Shown here: one piece after another, positions 20,667 to 30,883 of the stretch
How positions within the stretch are numbered: position 1 is the stretch's first letter
Layout: the number at the start of each line of letters is the position of its first letter
Origin: a virus
Length of the DNA: 64,000 bases
Virus record (IMG/VR): IMGVR_UViG_3300021440_000014
Coordinates: 108,011 to 172,010 of that record
Direction: 5' to 3' (one strand)
Notes under the pieces: generated by a model
What the model saw: the letters and a program-made list of their open reading frames with translations, nothing else
Databases searched by the model: none
What the model was told of the DNA's origin: nothing
Program-made: the position numbers and the translations under genes

Positions 20667-21932
20667 TCAAGGACTATTTACTAAAATAGTATTGCTACTG
20701 TCTGACTCAAGAGAATTTAATGCTTTTATTTTAATGTAATAAAAAGTCTCTTCTGGATTAAAAACGCTAAAAGCTGCATTTTGCCACGGATACTTTAAAA
20801 AAGATACAGAAGTAAACTTTGCGTAAGTTTTATTACTTGCATAGAGTGTCGCACCATCTATTTCGCTAATAGGTATGACATTATTCGATATTGAGTTTAA
20901 TACGAATGATATGGAAATAGGCTGTGGCGGGAGCGGAATTGGCATAGTTAATGTAGCGGCTACTATGTCAGCGTAATCGCTAAAATTACCATTTACATCT
21001 TTAGCTCTTACTTTGTAATAGTAAAAAGTATTAGCAAGAAGAGAGGGATCGGTATAGTCTGAGTTAGCCGTAAAAGCTAATACAGAATAAGATAGTCCAT
21101 TATTCACGCTTCTGCTTATCTCGTAGCCAGCAACACCTTCATTATCTGTGCTATTATCCCATTTTAAACTTACTGAGTTAGTCGTTGATGAAATAACAAA
21201 GTTAACAGGCAAAGTAGGTGGGACCGTCTCTGGAGCCACTAATGGAGTAGAATAGTCTGACGTTATCTTGGCTGAAGTTATAACTTCATCATAGACTCTC
21301 ATTTCATCTATAAAACCTTTAAAAAACCCATAGGGACCGGCACCATCATCACCAATTAAAAATGGATTAGGCTTACTTACAAAAGATGTCGCCACGGCTA
21401 CTGTTTTAGCAAGAGTAGAATTAACATAGAACCTTACATTGGAGCCATCATGAGTAACAGTTAAATGTGTCCAAGCTGCTGTCGTTATTTTTGGCCCATT
21501 ACAGATGAAAGCAGAGGAAGAATTGGCTATGTAAAATACTATCCCTCCTGAATAATGAATCACAGCGTATTGATACCAAGGATACGCACCCGTTGTATTA
21601 AAAGCCTTAGAGATTATAGTTCTTCCATTACTCGAAGAATCGTCTGGTTTAAGCCACGCAGAAAATGTAAATTTTTCTGTGCTTGAGATATCCAATGAGG
21701 AACTATTTGGAATGCTTAAAGAAGAGGTTCCATTAAAATAAATGGCATTGCCGAACTTTCCGCTACTCCATACTGTTGAACCAGTTTTTAGAGTAGCATC
21801 ATTTTTGAATGGTGAAACATCTTTGGCTATAAGCCCAGAATTTTCATTAAAACTTAATCCTAAAACAAGCCCAGCTTTTGAGCTAAAAACGCAAAATACA
21901 CATACAAATAAAATTAATAACATCTTTTTCAT
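20667..21932 (-). CDS. LamG-like and fibronectin type III domain secreted/virion protein
   Basis: Signal peptide from MKKMLL; GKFG.A..F.G, WTHL.VT.DG, G.IDE.RVY; FN3 DN.GV.GY, Y.VRA.D..GN. Confidence 0.8.
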   Translation of the reverse strand: MKKMLLILFVCVFCVFSSKAGLVLGLSFNENSGLIAKDVSPFKNDATLKTGSTVWSSGKFGNAIYFNGTSSLSIPNSSSLDISSTEKFTFSAWLKPDDSSSNGRTIISKAFNTTGAYPWYQYAVIHYSGGIVFYIANSSSAFICNGPKITTAAWTHLTVTHDGSNVRFYVNSTLAKTVAVATSFVSKPNPFLIGDDGAGPYGFFKGFIDEMRVYDEVITSAKITSDYSTPLVAPETVPPTLPVNFVISSTTNSVSLKWDNSTDNEGVAGYEISRSVNNGLSYSVLAFTANSDYTDPSLLANTFYYYKVRAKDVNGNFSDYADIVAATLTMPIPLPPQPISISFVLNSISNNVIPISEIDGATLYASNKTYAKFTSVSFLKYPWQNAAFSVFNPEETFYYIKIKALNSLESDSSNTILVNSP

Positions 21933-22131
21933 ATCAGTATTTACACGGAAGAATAATTTGGGAGACACGAAAAGACCCAAGTTTTTTAAGGGACTCTTGG
22001 GTCTTTCTGAGGAATTTCGCTTCCTCCGCTAGTCAGTAACACATCAGTTAATTCAATAACCTACTCGGTTGTCTAACAAAGAGTTTTTGTTGAACTCTAT
22101 TTAATAGATAATGTCCCTAAAATAATATACA

Positions 22132-22635
22132 CTATATCTTTCTAACTTTCAAGAACTTTTCAATAGGTATCAAATCTTTGATCTCTACATTAAAACAATC
22201 TGCCTTAAATCTCCAGCCTAATCTTGACTTTGAATCAACTTCACCCTCTTTGCAAAACCTAGCTTTTTGAAAGAATAATTTCCTAGAAATTGCGCCTAAA
22301 ATCCAAGCCTTCTTCATTTCGTCATGGACTCTTACAAAGACGTAATAATCACAGTCCTGCTTTGCGTTTGCGGCTGAAACAGAACATTCATATTCTTTCT
22401 TTGGGGGACTTGAGCAACTTTTCGTTTTTATCTCTAATTTTGTATCATTCTTTACTAGATCAAAGTCAAAGCTGTGGATTTTTTTAGCTTTTAAATAGTC
22501 TGAAACAATAATTTCACCAATCATTCCATAGACGTTGCCTTTCCCTCTCAAAATAGAGTTGCGCAATGGACGAATTTTCTTGGCTTGTAACTGCGCTTTT
22601 CTTTTTACAGAATAAGGAACGTCTACTTCTATCAT
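22132..22635 (-). CDS. PD-(D/E)xK-like nuclease-fold protein
   Basis: G.IGE, FDL....LEIKTK, DYYVF. Confidence 0.5.
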   Translation of the reverse strand: MIEVDVPYSVKRKAQLQAKKIRPLRNSILRGKGNVYGMIGEIIVSDYLKAKKIHSFDFDLVKNDTKLEIKTKSCSSPPKKEYECSVSAANAKQDCDYYVFVRVHDEMKKAWILGAISRKLFFQKARFCKEGEVDSKSRLGWRFKADCFNVEIKDLIPIEKFLKVRKI

Positions 22636-22638
22636 ATA

Positions 22639-23667
22639 TTATGAACGTATGCCATTATACAGTAGATCTTTCCAAATAGTCAAACTTTTTTCGTTGTATT
22701 TCTTTAAATTTATTTCATTTAAATACTGAAGATTAATATTATCACCGTAATAAGCAGTCTCTAGTTTAGCTATTATATCCTTGGATGAGGTAGGATGAGC
22801 TTGAAACCAAGAATGTATCCATTCGATTTCCTTTGAGCCGACAAGGGGAATGCCATGATTAACGAAATCAGCGGCAACAATATTAAACGTCTCAGTAAAA
22901 GAGCACTGCATTCCTATATCCATCCCTGCCACTACGTTAAGAAATTCAGGATGATTCATCCATTCGTGTTCTACTAGCTTATGATCCGTATCTTTAAATA
23001 AATTCCTTAAGTTTTTCAAAATCGATTCTCCTTGATTTTCGAATCTTGAAGAATTTATATGAAATTTTAACTTCTTATGAATTTTTTCTGCAAATAAGAT
23101 AGCTGAAACAGCCTGCTCAAGCTGATTTTTCAAAGGTCTTAATGCGCCAAAACACGCTATATTTACAAAGCCCTTTTCTTTGAAACTTATAGGTTTTTCT
23201 GCTTTTTTAGCATTATAAACGTTTGGAGTATAATATACTTCAGATTTTATAAGATTATTTAGCTCCCAATTCAAAAGCTTACTATTGCAGGATATATGAA
23301 AATTCTTATTCTCTTTGGATATTTTATCGTATTCTTTTATCCATTCAAGCGCAACTCCTTCGTGCGCCAAAAATGGAGTATTACTATGTATCCTTACAAA
23401 CCATTGGACTTTTTCATATCTAGATATGTCAAGTAACTCTCTAATCTTATCTGGAGTTACCCAAATAGCTTCTAGGAATACATGGGTAGGCTTGTAGTCA
23501 TAGACTTCCTTATCTATAGAGTTTCCATCAACTACCTCTACTATCTTAGACTCTACTCTAATCTTATTGAATGCCCTTACTAAAAAATCGCATGAATTGA
23601 CTAATCCATAACTTATTCCGTAATTTACTCTTTTCCTGATTAAAAACAATACTTTTGGTTTATCCAT
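22639..23667 (-). CDS. GT-B (GT4-like) glycosyltransferase
   Basis: FGA.RPLKN, S..ETFNIVAAD. Confidence 0.75.
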   Translation of the reverse strand: MDKPKVLFLIRKRVNYGISYGLVNSCDFLVRAFNKIRVESKIVEVVDGNSIDKEVYDYKPTHVFLEAIWVTPDKIRELLDISRYEKVQWFVRIHSNTPFLAHEGVALEWIKEYDKISKENKNFHISCNSKLLNWELNNLIKSEVYYTPNVYNAKKAEKPISFKEKGFVNIACFGALRPLKNQLEQAVSAILFAEKIHKKLKFHINSSRFENQGESILKNLRNLFKDTDHKLVEHEWMNHPEFLNVVAGMDIGMQCSFTETFNIVAADFVNHGIPLVGSKEIEWIHSWFQAHPTSSKDIIAKLETAYYGDNINLQYLNEINLKKYNEKSLTIWKDLLYNGIRS

Positions 23668-23965
23668 AAACTTTAAAAATAATTAGTGCCAGTAAACATC
23701 TGCGCGGGCAGATATCCAGATCTTATAATAGACGTAGCTTTTTTAGCTAGAAGTCTTTGGTTTGCGAACTTAGAGCCGGAAATTTTCCACTGCCCCGTGT
23801 AAGTATATCCCTCTAATTCAAACTTATCCAAATCCAAACCTGAAGTAGGAAGTTGGTTGAGTCTTACTGCGTAATCTGAAACATTACCTGAGATATACAT
23901 AATCTAACTTATTTTACACGGATAAACAAAAAAACCCCAAGGTTTTTAGCCTTGAGGTTATTATT

Positions 23966-24550
23966 TTAAACTGTGCAAATTATTTTATCATGCTGCAAAA
24001 ATGAAAGTGTTAATTCTCTCATTGGTTTAAAAAACTCCATCATTTGATCCCGAGAAAAACCATTTTTAGCGTAATTGACAGAAAGGCAAACGAATTCTAC
24101 GTTACCTTCTATATATCCTTTATTAGCATCTATTCTGTCTAAACTCGCTTTGATAGGATTACCTTTTATATGATGCCCTTGGGTGTTTTTAGGTATCTCC
24201 ATCTTCTTATAGGTATAAGGACATATACCTTTTTGAGCTTCCCAAACTTTTTTTAAATAATCTACAGTTAGATTTGTCGGTCCATAGTTTCTAATTCTTT
24301 CTTTTGAGTTTGCTTTATTGACATAATACCGAAAAGAACTAAATTCGTCCTGCCTATTATTTGCTTTTAAATATTTAACATTTCCAGAGTTAGGATGTTC
24401 TTTATTCCTTTTAGTTGCGACACAACTCCTAGAACACGCAATGCTGTATTTATTTTTTTGGCCACGCTTATACTCTTTTAAAAGTCTATTAAAAATTTTC
24501 CCGCAAGTTTCGCATTTAAGCTCCACAAATTGTTTAGCGTTTTTTCTCAT
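23966..24550 (-). CDS. HNH-like homing endonuclease next to the tmRNA 3' end
   Basis: C..CGK.F, CS..C, SLDRIDANKGYIEGNVEFVC; ATG at 24550 follows GTGTAA-N8. Confidence 0.8.
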   Translation of the reverse strand: MRKNAKQFVELKCETCGKIFNRLLKEYKRGQKNKYSIACSRSCVATKRNKEHPNSGNVKYLKANNRQDEFSSFRYYVNKANSKERIRNYGPTNLTVDYLKKVWEAQKGICPYTYKKMEIPKNTQGHHIKGNPIKASLDRIDANKGYIEGNVEFVCLSVNYAKNGFSRDQMMEFFKPMRELTLSFLQHDKIICTV

Positions 24551-24589
24551 ACTTGAGATTACACTAAAACGGTGGAAGTGAGAAGAAAT

Positions 24590-25028
24590 TGGTGGAAGTG
24601 AGGGAAGTCGAATCCCTGTCTCTAACAATCAACTACTTACGTTTACATGCTTATATCAGTTTAATTTTCTGTAACAAAAACTGATCAAATTTTATTACAG
24701 AGTTTACTATTTAGCCTTTAGTTAAGAAACAAGTAACTTACTTGCTAAAAGTCCTGAAAATTCGCAACTTGACCTATCAGGAGTCAATCGAGTTGCGGGT
24801 AACAGCGATTAGGCTGCTACGGCTTGGTTAAAATCAACTGCTTCAACATTTCCCAAATATGAATCTGGGTTATTGAAGATCTCTTCGGCTTGCGCCAAGA
24901 GAGCATTGATTTCTGCATCATTTTCGTCAGCATTTATTTTTTGATTACATATTTATAGACGCCAAGCAATCTTCGTCTGCATGTAGTATTAATAGACCAA
25001 TTTTTAGATCGATACCATTTACACTCCC
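24590..25028 (-). ncRNA. ssrA: tmRNA
   Basis: GGGAGTG/CACTTCC-ACCA with G3.U70; ATCGA and GCATG..GAC elements; T-arm; AAATAAAT-GCT resume; tag ending AVAA*. Confidence 0.9.
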
Positions 25029-25038
25029 AAAATTTAAA

Positions 25039-25262
25039 TAGCGCGGCAGGATTTAATACCTGCAAGAGACTGTAAGATAATGGGGTATAACCGCCAACCC
25101 ATCTACCATGAGAGAACCGTTACTACGCTGTATATTTATATACTGACCGGCTTGGAGTCGCGTAACTGGCCTATCATTCCACTCCTTATGGGAGTAGCCA
25201 GTTTTGTTCTTCGTCTCAATGTCTCATACGTATCGCATTGCGTCTTATTCCGCCACGCGCTA
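25039..25262 (-). ncRNA. tRNA-Leu-like shell RNA with ~170-nt insert
   Basis: TAGCGCG/CGCGCTA, TGGCGGAATAAGACGC, GCAGG-TATTAAAT-CCTGC. Confidence 0.65.
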
Positions 25263-26048
25263 TAGGGCAACGGTTTTAATCGCCGCCTCCACCACTGGCA
25301 TTAGCCAGAAACTCTTTTCTTACAAACAATTCAAAACATTTTTCATTACAGAAATTTTTATAAATTTTTATATATTGAGATTCTCGACAGCATTCACAGA
25401 ATTTACCTTTTGTATATACTAAAGATACTGAAGTCTCTTCAAGGTTTGTGGTGCAATCGTTTTTGCATCCATCACATTTAACTATTTTAAACATATTTAA
25501 AATATCCCGAATTCTAACGCCCGCCTCAATCAATCAACCTATTCCTTAATCGAAGGATAGGATGATAAAACCTTACCATAATTACATAAATAAAACAAGT
25601 AAGAAAACATGCTATTAAATACTTTAAATCTTCTAAAACTTTCTTCAAACTGTCTCTATTAACCTGCTCTCTCTCAAAACAGCAAAAATTCTTGATTTGA
25701 ATATTATACCATACGTTATTTTTCCTAACGTGTATCGTTTCGTGATCCTTTCTTAGGAAAGGGAAATCATAAACTTCATACCATTCATTCCAGTATTTAT
25801 TATATCCTTTTAATTTCATTATTAGTTAAATTTTTAAAAACCCCGAGATTAACTACAGGGTCAACTACATCCTCCATTGGAGGATAAGATAAATTATTTC
25901 TTATAAACTTTTAAATAAAATTCATTTGGATGTTTTTCTTTATAACAATTAAAGCATAAAGGGTAAAAATATTCATCATTTTTACATAAATTAGAATCAC
26001 ACTCAAAACATCTATCGCTAATCAATCTAATTAATTTTAGAAAAAACA

Positions 26049-26411
26049 TCATAATTTTTTTACTGAATAATAATCCCAAGCACTTAATCCAGAATCGCTA
26101 ATATATACCTTTTCAAAATCATTATATTTATAATAAGAATAAGTATTTTTCTTTAGATAGTTCATTTTTTCCGGCATAACCCTAACATATCTTTTCCTAT
26201 TAGAAAGAGATACTTTTAAACCCATTAAAATTAAATTTTTCCAACTATCAGTACTTAATATGTTATTTAAATGATGCTCGGATTTGACTTCTTCTAGATC
26301 CTCTATTCCTAACATTAACCTTTTAGGTTGGCGACTTAGAGGATTTCTCCTATGGAATTCGTCTATTTTAGATGTTATTTTATCTAATATTTTCATGCTA
26401 TTAAGAGGCAA
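26049..26411 (-). CDS. hypothetical protein, paralog of 26401-26679
   Basis: Shared I..F, RL..G.ED, LG/MGL, S.RKRY.R. Confidence 0.6.
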   Translation of the reverse strand: MPLNSMKILDKITSKIDEFHRRNPLSRQPKRLMLGIEDLEEVKSEHHLNNILSTDSWKNLILMGLKVSLSNRKRYVRVMPEKMNYLKKNTYSYYKYNDFEKVYISDSGLSAWDYYSVKKL

Positions 26412-26679
26412 TATATTTTTTACTAAATTTATGATATTTAGTATTTTTTGATATAATCCTAATATACCTTTTTCTTCTACTGACTGTAATTTCTAATCCA
26501 AGAAAAATTATTTTACCATTAAAATGCTCCCTCAAAGAGGAGCCTCCATTATCTAATTCTAGTTTTAGATCTGAAAAATCTTCGCATCCTATAATTAATC
26601 TTTCTGCTTTTATGCAACGCCAAGGCTTAGTCGAATTAAATTTATGAATTCTTTTTGTAATTTCAGATCTTATATTCAT
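26401..26679 (-). CDS. hypothetical protein, paralog of 26049-26411
   Basis: Same motifs as 26049-26411. Confidence 0.6.
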   Translation of the reverse strand: MNIRSEITKRIHKFNSTKPWRCIKAERLIIGCEDFSDLKLELDNGGSSLREHFNGKIIFLGLEITVSRRKRYIRIISKNTKYHKFSKKYIAS

Positions 26680-27357
26680 TTTTATATTAAATCCCGAATT
26701 CTAACGCATCGGGCGGCGTTATTAGAGTCACCCCATCCTCTAACAGGCTACTTACAGGTTTACTTTCCTCTGCACATAGCTTAACGCTACTAAGCGTTGA
26801 GGTAAAATTTATAATATTGAAAAACTTTTACCTATTAGGTAATCGACTGTTCTAAACCAAGCTTTTTTAGACAGTAAAGATTTTTTACCTTCGCAATACT
26901 CTAGCAAATGTAAAGGCACTAACTTCGGTTTACTACCATTTATTTCGTCTTTAAAAATTACAACAGTTTGAACTCTTTCAAATCCTAAAGACGGAACATC
27001 AAGTATGTCTCCTTCTTTTAGTTTTTCTATGTAATAATTTTCCATAAAATATAATAGCCAAGTCACCCCACCTTGGCTTGGATACTTTTGCGCTAGGTTT
27101 TATAATGAACTCCATTTAAGGAATTCGGCTGGACGTATCTTTACCTAAAACCGAAAGGGGAAATTAAAACGCTTTACTGTATTTTCCTAATACATCTTTA
27201 TCTTCTGCATTTGGCGCAGCTAAAAAATCCGCCAAATCTCTCAAAAATTCTATCAACTCTTGATTATTTTCTGGAACCTTTTCTACTGAGAGGCCCATCA
27301 TCATTTTACCATCTACAGTAAGTTCTATTCTTTTCGCATTTAATATTTTGTCCATAA

Positions 27358-27645
27358 TTAATTTTCATCCAACCACGCTTTAACTACTTCTAAATGACAA
27401 GGCAAAGGAGAGCAGAAACAACCTAGTTTCTTACCTTTATAAGTTTTAAGCAGGCTGATAAAATCTGCGTCTCTCAAGAGAAAATAAAACCATTCTCTAT
27501 ATCTCTCGATAACTTCTTCTCTTGTTCCGTCTCTGCCTATTACGTAGGGATTTCCTAGTATAGAGCCGCGCCCGCCATACTTATCGCAAGACTCATTCCT
27601 AACATTAACTACTTTAGTTATTTCCTCTGTGTCCATAATTTTCAA
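27358..27645 (-). CDS. DUF4326-family protein
   Basis: GRGS.LGNPY, R.EVI..Y, GKKLGCFCSP.PCH. Confidence 0.85.
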   Translation of the reverse strand: MKIMDTEEITKVVNVRNESCDKYGGRGSILGNPYVIGRDGTREEVIERYREWFYFLLRDADFISLLKTYKGKKLGCFCSPLPCHLEVVKAWLDEN

Positions 27646-28039
27646 GATAATATCTCACAGAAGGCATAAGTTTTAGTTTTAATGCTTCTTCTTTAGTAAA
27701 GAGTTTCCAGTCTGATTGTTTATCTGGCTCCCTATTTTCGACATTAGAATAATGATATTTATTATACTTCATTTCAAATATAAAACTTTTAATTTTTTTA
27801 TCTTCGAATATGAAACAGTCAATAAAATTAAACTTTGCTCCCCACGGCTCCATTCCGCTTTCTTCCATTACCTCTCTAAAAGCCGCCTCAGATGGAATTT
27901 CTCCTTTTTCCATTTTCCCACCGGGATCTTGCCAATATCCTTTAAACGGGTCGCCTTCCTCAATTCTCTCAGAGAGAAGGACTAGATCATCAAACCACAT
28001 TATACAATGGACGACCTTTTTGTAATCGTTAGGATTCAT
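27614..28039 (-). CDS. NUDIX hydrolase
   Basis: PGGKMEKGE....AAFREVMEESG Nudix box. Confidence 0.9.
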   Translation of the reverse strand: MNPNDYKKVVHCIMWFDDLVLLSERIEEGDPFKGYWQDPGGKMEKGEIPSEAAFREVMEESGMEPWGAKFNFIDCFIFEDKKIKSFIFEMKYNKYHYSNVENREPDKQSDWKLFTKEEALKLKLMPSVRYYLENYGHRGNN

Positions 28040-29186
28040 TTTTGTTTAAAATTTTGCTTAATAAAATTGTCAAGAATCTTGTCTGAAATTTTCTGATATG
28101 TATTCTTCACCAAATCAAATACTAATTCTACAAAATCATGAGAGAAATTCCACAGCAAACTATATGGCCAAAAAATTATCCATCCTGTTATCTCAGATTT
28201 AATCCTTCCGGGTTCGAATAAGTATCTTACTTCATTTAACTCGTCTAGATTTTTAATTCTATGCTTGGTTATTTCTTGTTTTACCCACGCTCTCCAACGC
28301 CAAATTGACCAAACGACACCAATGATAAAGTAAAGAAATCCAAATATCAGATAATTCTTAATGTAAGTGGGCTTAAAATATTCCAAATTCGAAAGTAATA
28401 AGACAAACCCCACTACTGACGGGAAAAGGAAATATTGTTTTTCTGCGGCGAAAAATGCTAAAATGCTAAAAAGCAAAAATAACAACCAAAAACTAAACGA
28501 CCATAATTCAAATAATCCAAAAATGTAACTCATATTTAAGATGATACTCTCTTTTTAAGATTTGTCAAACTCTCTCTCTTTCCTGTATTTTTTAGGACGG
28601 TCAAATATCCGACTTGCTGCAAGGAATTTAAGTATCCCACATATTCTAAATAACCATACATACTCCAAAACAATGCCGAAGCTTTCTTTGCGTAAGATAC
28701 TTGATCTTTAGGTTCTCCAAGTCTATAAAAACACAAATACTTCTGACTTTCTGGCAGAAGAAAATTTAATACAAATGATGCGTCTTTCTCGCACATTTTT
28801 TTATAAAATTCTGTCATTTCGTCGTAAAATTTTCTATCTACTTCAGAGCATCCTTTAAGACGCTCTTCTTTTATTTCGTCGGGCTGTATTTTTTGCGCGG
28901 CTGAATCTAAATCTTCTTGCTGCTTTTCTGTTAGTTTTTCTTTCATGGTTGTTCTTGTTACGTTTATTTGTAAATCAGCTAATTTAATTTGACTATTTCC
29001 TTCAGAGTTAAATAAGTAAGCATAACTGCAAATCTCTGAAAGGGCGTCTATAGTACAATGAGCACAAACAAAGTCATGCTCCTTAAAACCCATCTTACTC
29101 CATAACTCATCAGATGTCCATAAGAATATATTGGCTCCGCGCTCTTCCCCACATTTTTTACAATGAAAATTATCCATAAAAATTAG

Positions 29187-29258
29187 TGCCTCCAATCAGA
29201 CTCGCACTGATATATTACGACTTATGAGATCGTCCCATTAACATTATGGTATAGAGGC
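29187..29258 (-). tRNA. tRNA-Met/Ile2 (CAT)
   Basis: Cloverleaf; ACGAT-CTCATAA-GTCGT; no encoded CCA. Confidence 0.75.
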
Positions 29259-29266
29259 TTCTATAA

Positions 29267-29845
29267 TCAATTTGGGTTAGTATGATGATCGTTTAATTCC
29301 GGTATAGAGCAATTAATAGGTTTAGCATCCATAATTGTCTTTATTTCCTCAAAAGAGTAAGGCTCGAAACTGTTTCCATCGACACCAACATCTAAAATTT
29401 TACCTAAAACCTTACCTTCCTTGCGGACTCCCGCCATTCCATAGTGGCTGTGTCCGCACAAGCACCATGCGGAATGATGTTTTTTGTTCCATGTAACTTG
29501 AGCATAATGGTTTAAAGTTATGTCTTGATCGTTAATTTTAATCTCATGATATCCTTTATGGGCTGAATAAAACTTATGACGATTCCTCCAAGTCAATTTA
29601 TCATGATTGCCTGAGACTAAAACAATCAAACCGTTCAGTCTTTGAAAGAACATGTCAAACTCCATATCGTTTCTTCCAAAGACAAAATCCCCCAAAAAAT
29701 ATGCTAAATCTTGTTTACCTACTTTTTTATTCCATCTTTCTATAATTGCTTCATTCATTTCTACAACATTCTTGAAGGGACGGTTAGAATAGCGCAAAAT
29801 GTTACTATGATTAAAATGGAAATCCGAACTGAAAAACACTTTCAT
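29267..29845 (-). CDS. calcineurin-like metallophosphoesterase
   Basis: SDFHFNH, LGDF, GNHD, GHSH, DVGVD. Confidence 0.9.
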   Translation of the reverse strand: MKVFFSSDFHFNHSNILRYSNRPFKNVVEMNEAIIERWNKKVGKQDLAYFLGDFVFGRNDMEFDMFFQRLNGLIVLVSGNHDKLTWRNRHKFYSAHKGYHEIKINDQDITLNHYAQVTWNKKHHSAWCLCGHSHYGMAGVRKEGKVLGKILDVGVDGNSFEPYSFEEIKTIMDAKPINCSIPELNDHHTNPN

Positions 29846-29893
29846 ATATATAATTCCATCTTAACATATTTTTATTTTCTGTCAAAGAAAATC

Positions 29894-30063
29894 AAGATAC
29901 TTTCAATTTATACGGTATTTTATTCCTCCGCTCTATTTTTATGTCTTCACGACTCGCTATGACAGACGTTTTTATAGCGGGCATCGCCGCTCCCTTTTAT
30001 CAGGTTTTGTTCGCCTTATTTGGCTTCATGTGTTAATTATGTTATTGCTGCTGTAAGTATCTT
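29894..30063 (-). ncRNA. AGA-N6-CAG scaffold RNA, copy 1
   Basis: AAGATACTT/AAGTATCTT stem, ACAGCAGCAA; starts 8 nt after GTGTAA. Confidence 0.7.
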
Positions 30064-30083
30064 ACTCTTAATTACACTAAAAC

Positions 30084-30182
30084 TAGAAGCTGATTTACAG
30101 TTTACTCTGGGCACTTTTTGTGTGATTACCGTCACGATGAAGCCGGATTACCGGCGTTTATTTTTTTTGCTGTAAGCTTCTA
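30084..30182 (-). ncRNA. AGA-N6-CAG scaffold RNA, copy 2
   Basis: TAGAAGCT/AGCTTCTA stem, ACAGCAAAA. Confidence 0.7.
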
Positions 30183-30188
30183 AAAATC

Positions 30189-30263
30189 TGGAAGCACGTA
30201 TCAGAATTGCACTGATCTATTCGATTTTGCAGATCGACGCCTAATCTACTCGGCCAACGCGCT
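30189..30263 (-). tRNA. tRNA-Cys (GCA)
   Basis: TCGAT-CTGCAAA-ATCGA; TCCA end. Confidence 0.85.
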
Positions 30264-30368
30264 ATTAAATTGGTGACTAATAAATCATTATAGCTGCTAC
30301 CACACCCCAATATTAAAGTGTTTTTGCCTTATTTAAAGTGTCCTACACTCACTATAACTTACTTAAGT

Positions 30369-30442
30369 TGGTATCCCTTGACGGTTTTGCGCCGTCGTCT
30401 CGGACTTGAGAGGCCCGCGATTTACTATTAATCTAAAGGGAC
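30369..30442 (-). tRNA. tRNA-Glu (CTC)
   Basis: CGGGC-CTCTCAA-GTCCG; ACCA. Confidence 0.85.
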
Positions 30443-30808
30443 ATTAAAATGTCAATTTTCCCAAAATTTGTTTTCGTAATTTTCCATCTCTTTTCTCCAA
30501 TTCTGTTCGATTATAGCCATTTTATCGTCTAACTCTTTATTTCTTTTAACTATAATTTCAGGAGTTAGAGTTTTTGCGAATTTTACTGTTTCATTAAAAT
30601 CTAAACTTAGATAAGGATGCATTGCATCACTAAGTCTAGGATCTCCTGTAAAGAAAATTCCACTTCTAAAGAGTGCCCATTTGTCTTTCTCTTTGAATTT
30701 ATACTCTATACAGTAATATTTTGCATTGTAATGACTTACTCTTACTCTAAATTTATCTTGTATATTCTCTGGCTTTGCTTTGAATTTTTTAAAAAATTTG
30801 AACATAAA

Positions 30809-30883
30809 TGGTCAGGTGGGTCGGTTACGCTCCGACTCAATTTCATTCACAGTGAAAGAGGCTACTATTACATCACGCACTTG
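30809..30883 (-). tRNA. tRNA-His (GTG), mismatched acceptor stem
   Basis: TTTCA-CTGTGAA-TGAAA; CCA. Confidence 0.7.

Noticed and set aside
22015-22055. Hammerhead-like CTGATG here and CCGATGA/GAAAC near 39546-39575
   Set aside because: Core deviates from CUGANGA...GAAA and the required stems cannot be formed.
24551-24628. N-terminal extension of ORF 23966-24628
   Set aside because: Overlaps the tmRNA 3' end; the ATG at 24550 after GTGTAA-N8 is the better start.
26755-26775. GAGGAAAGT as RNase P RNA P4 region
   Set aside because: Lacks the following CC, a matching 3' P4 strand and sufficient length.
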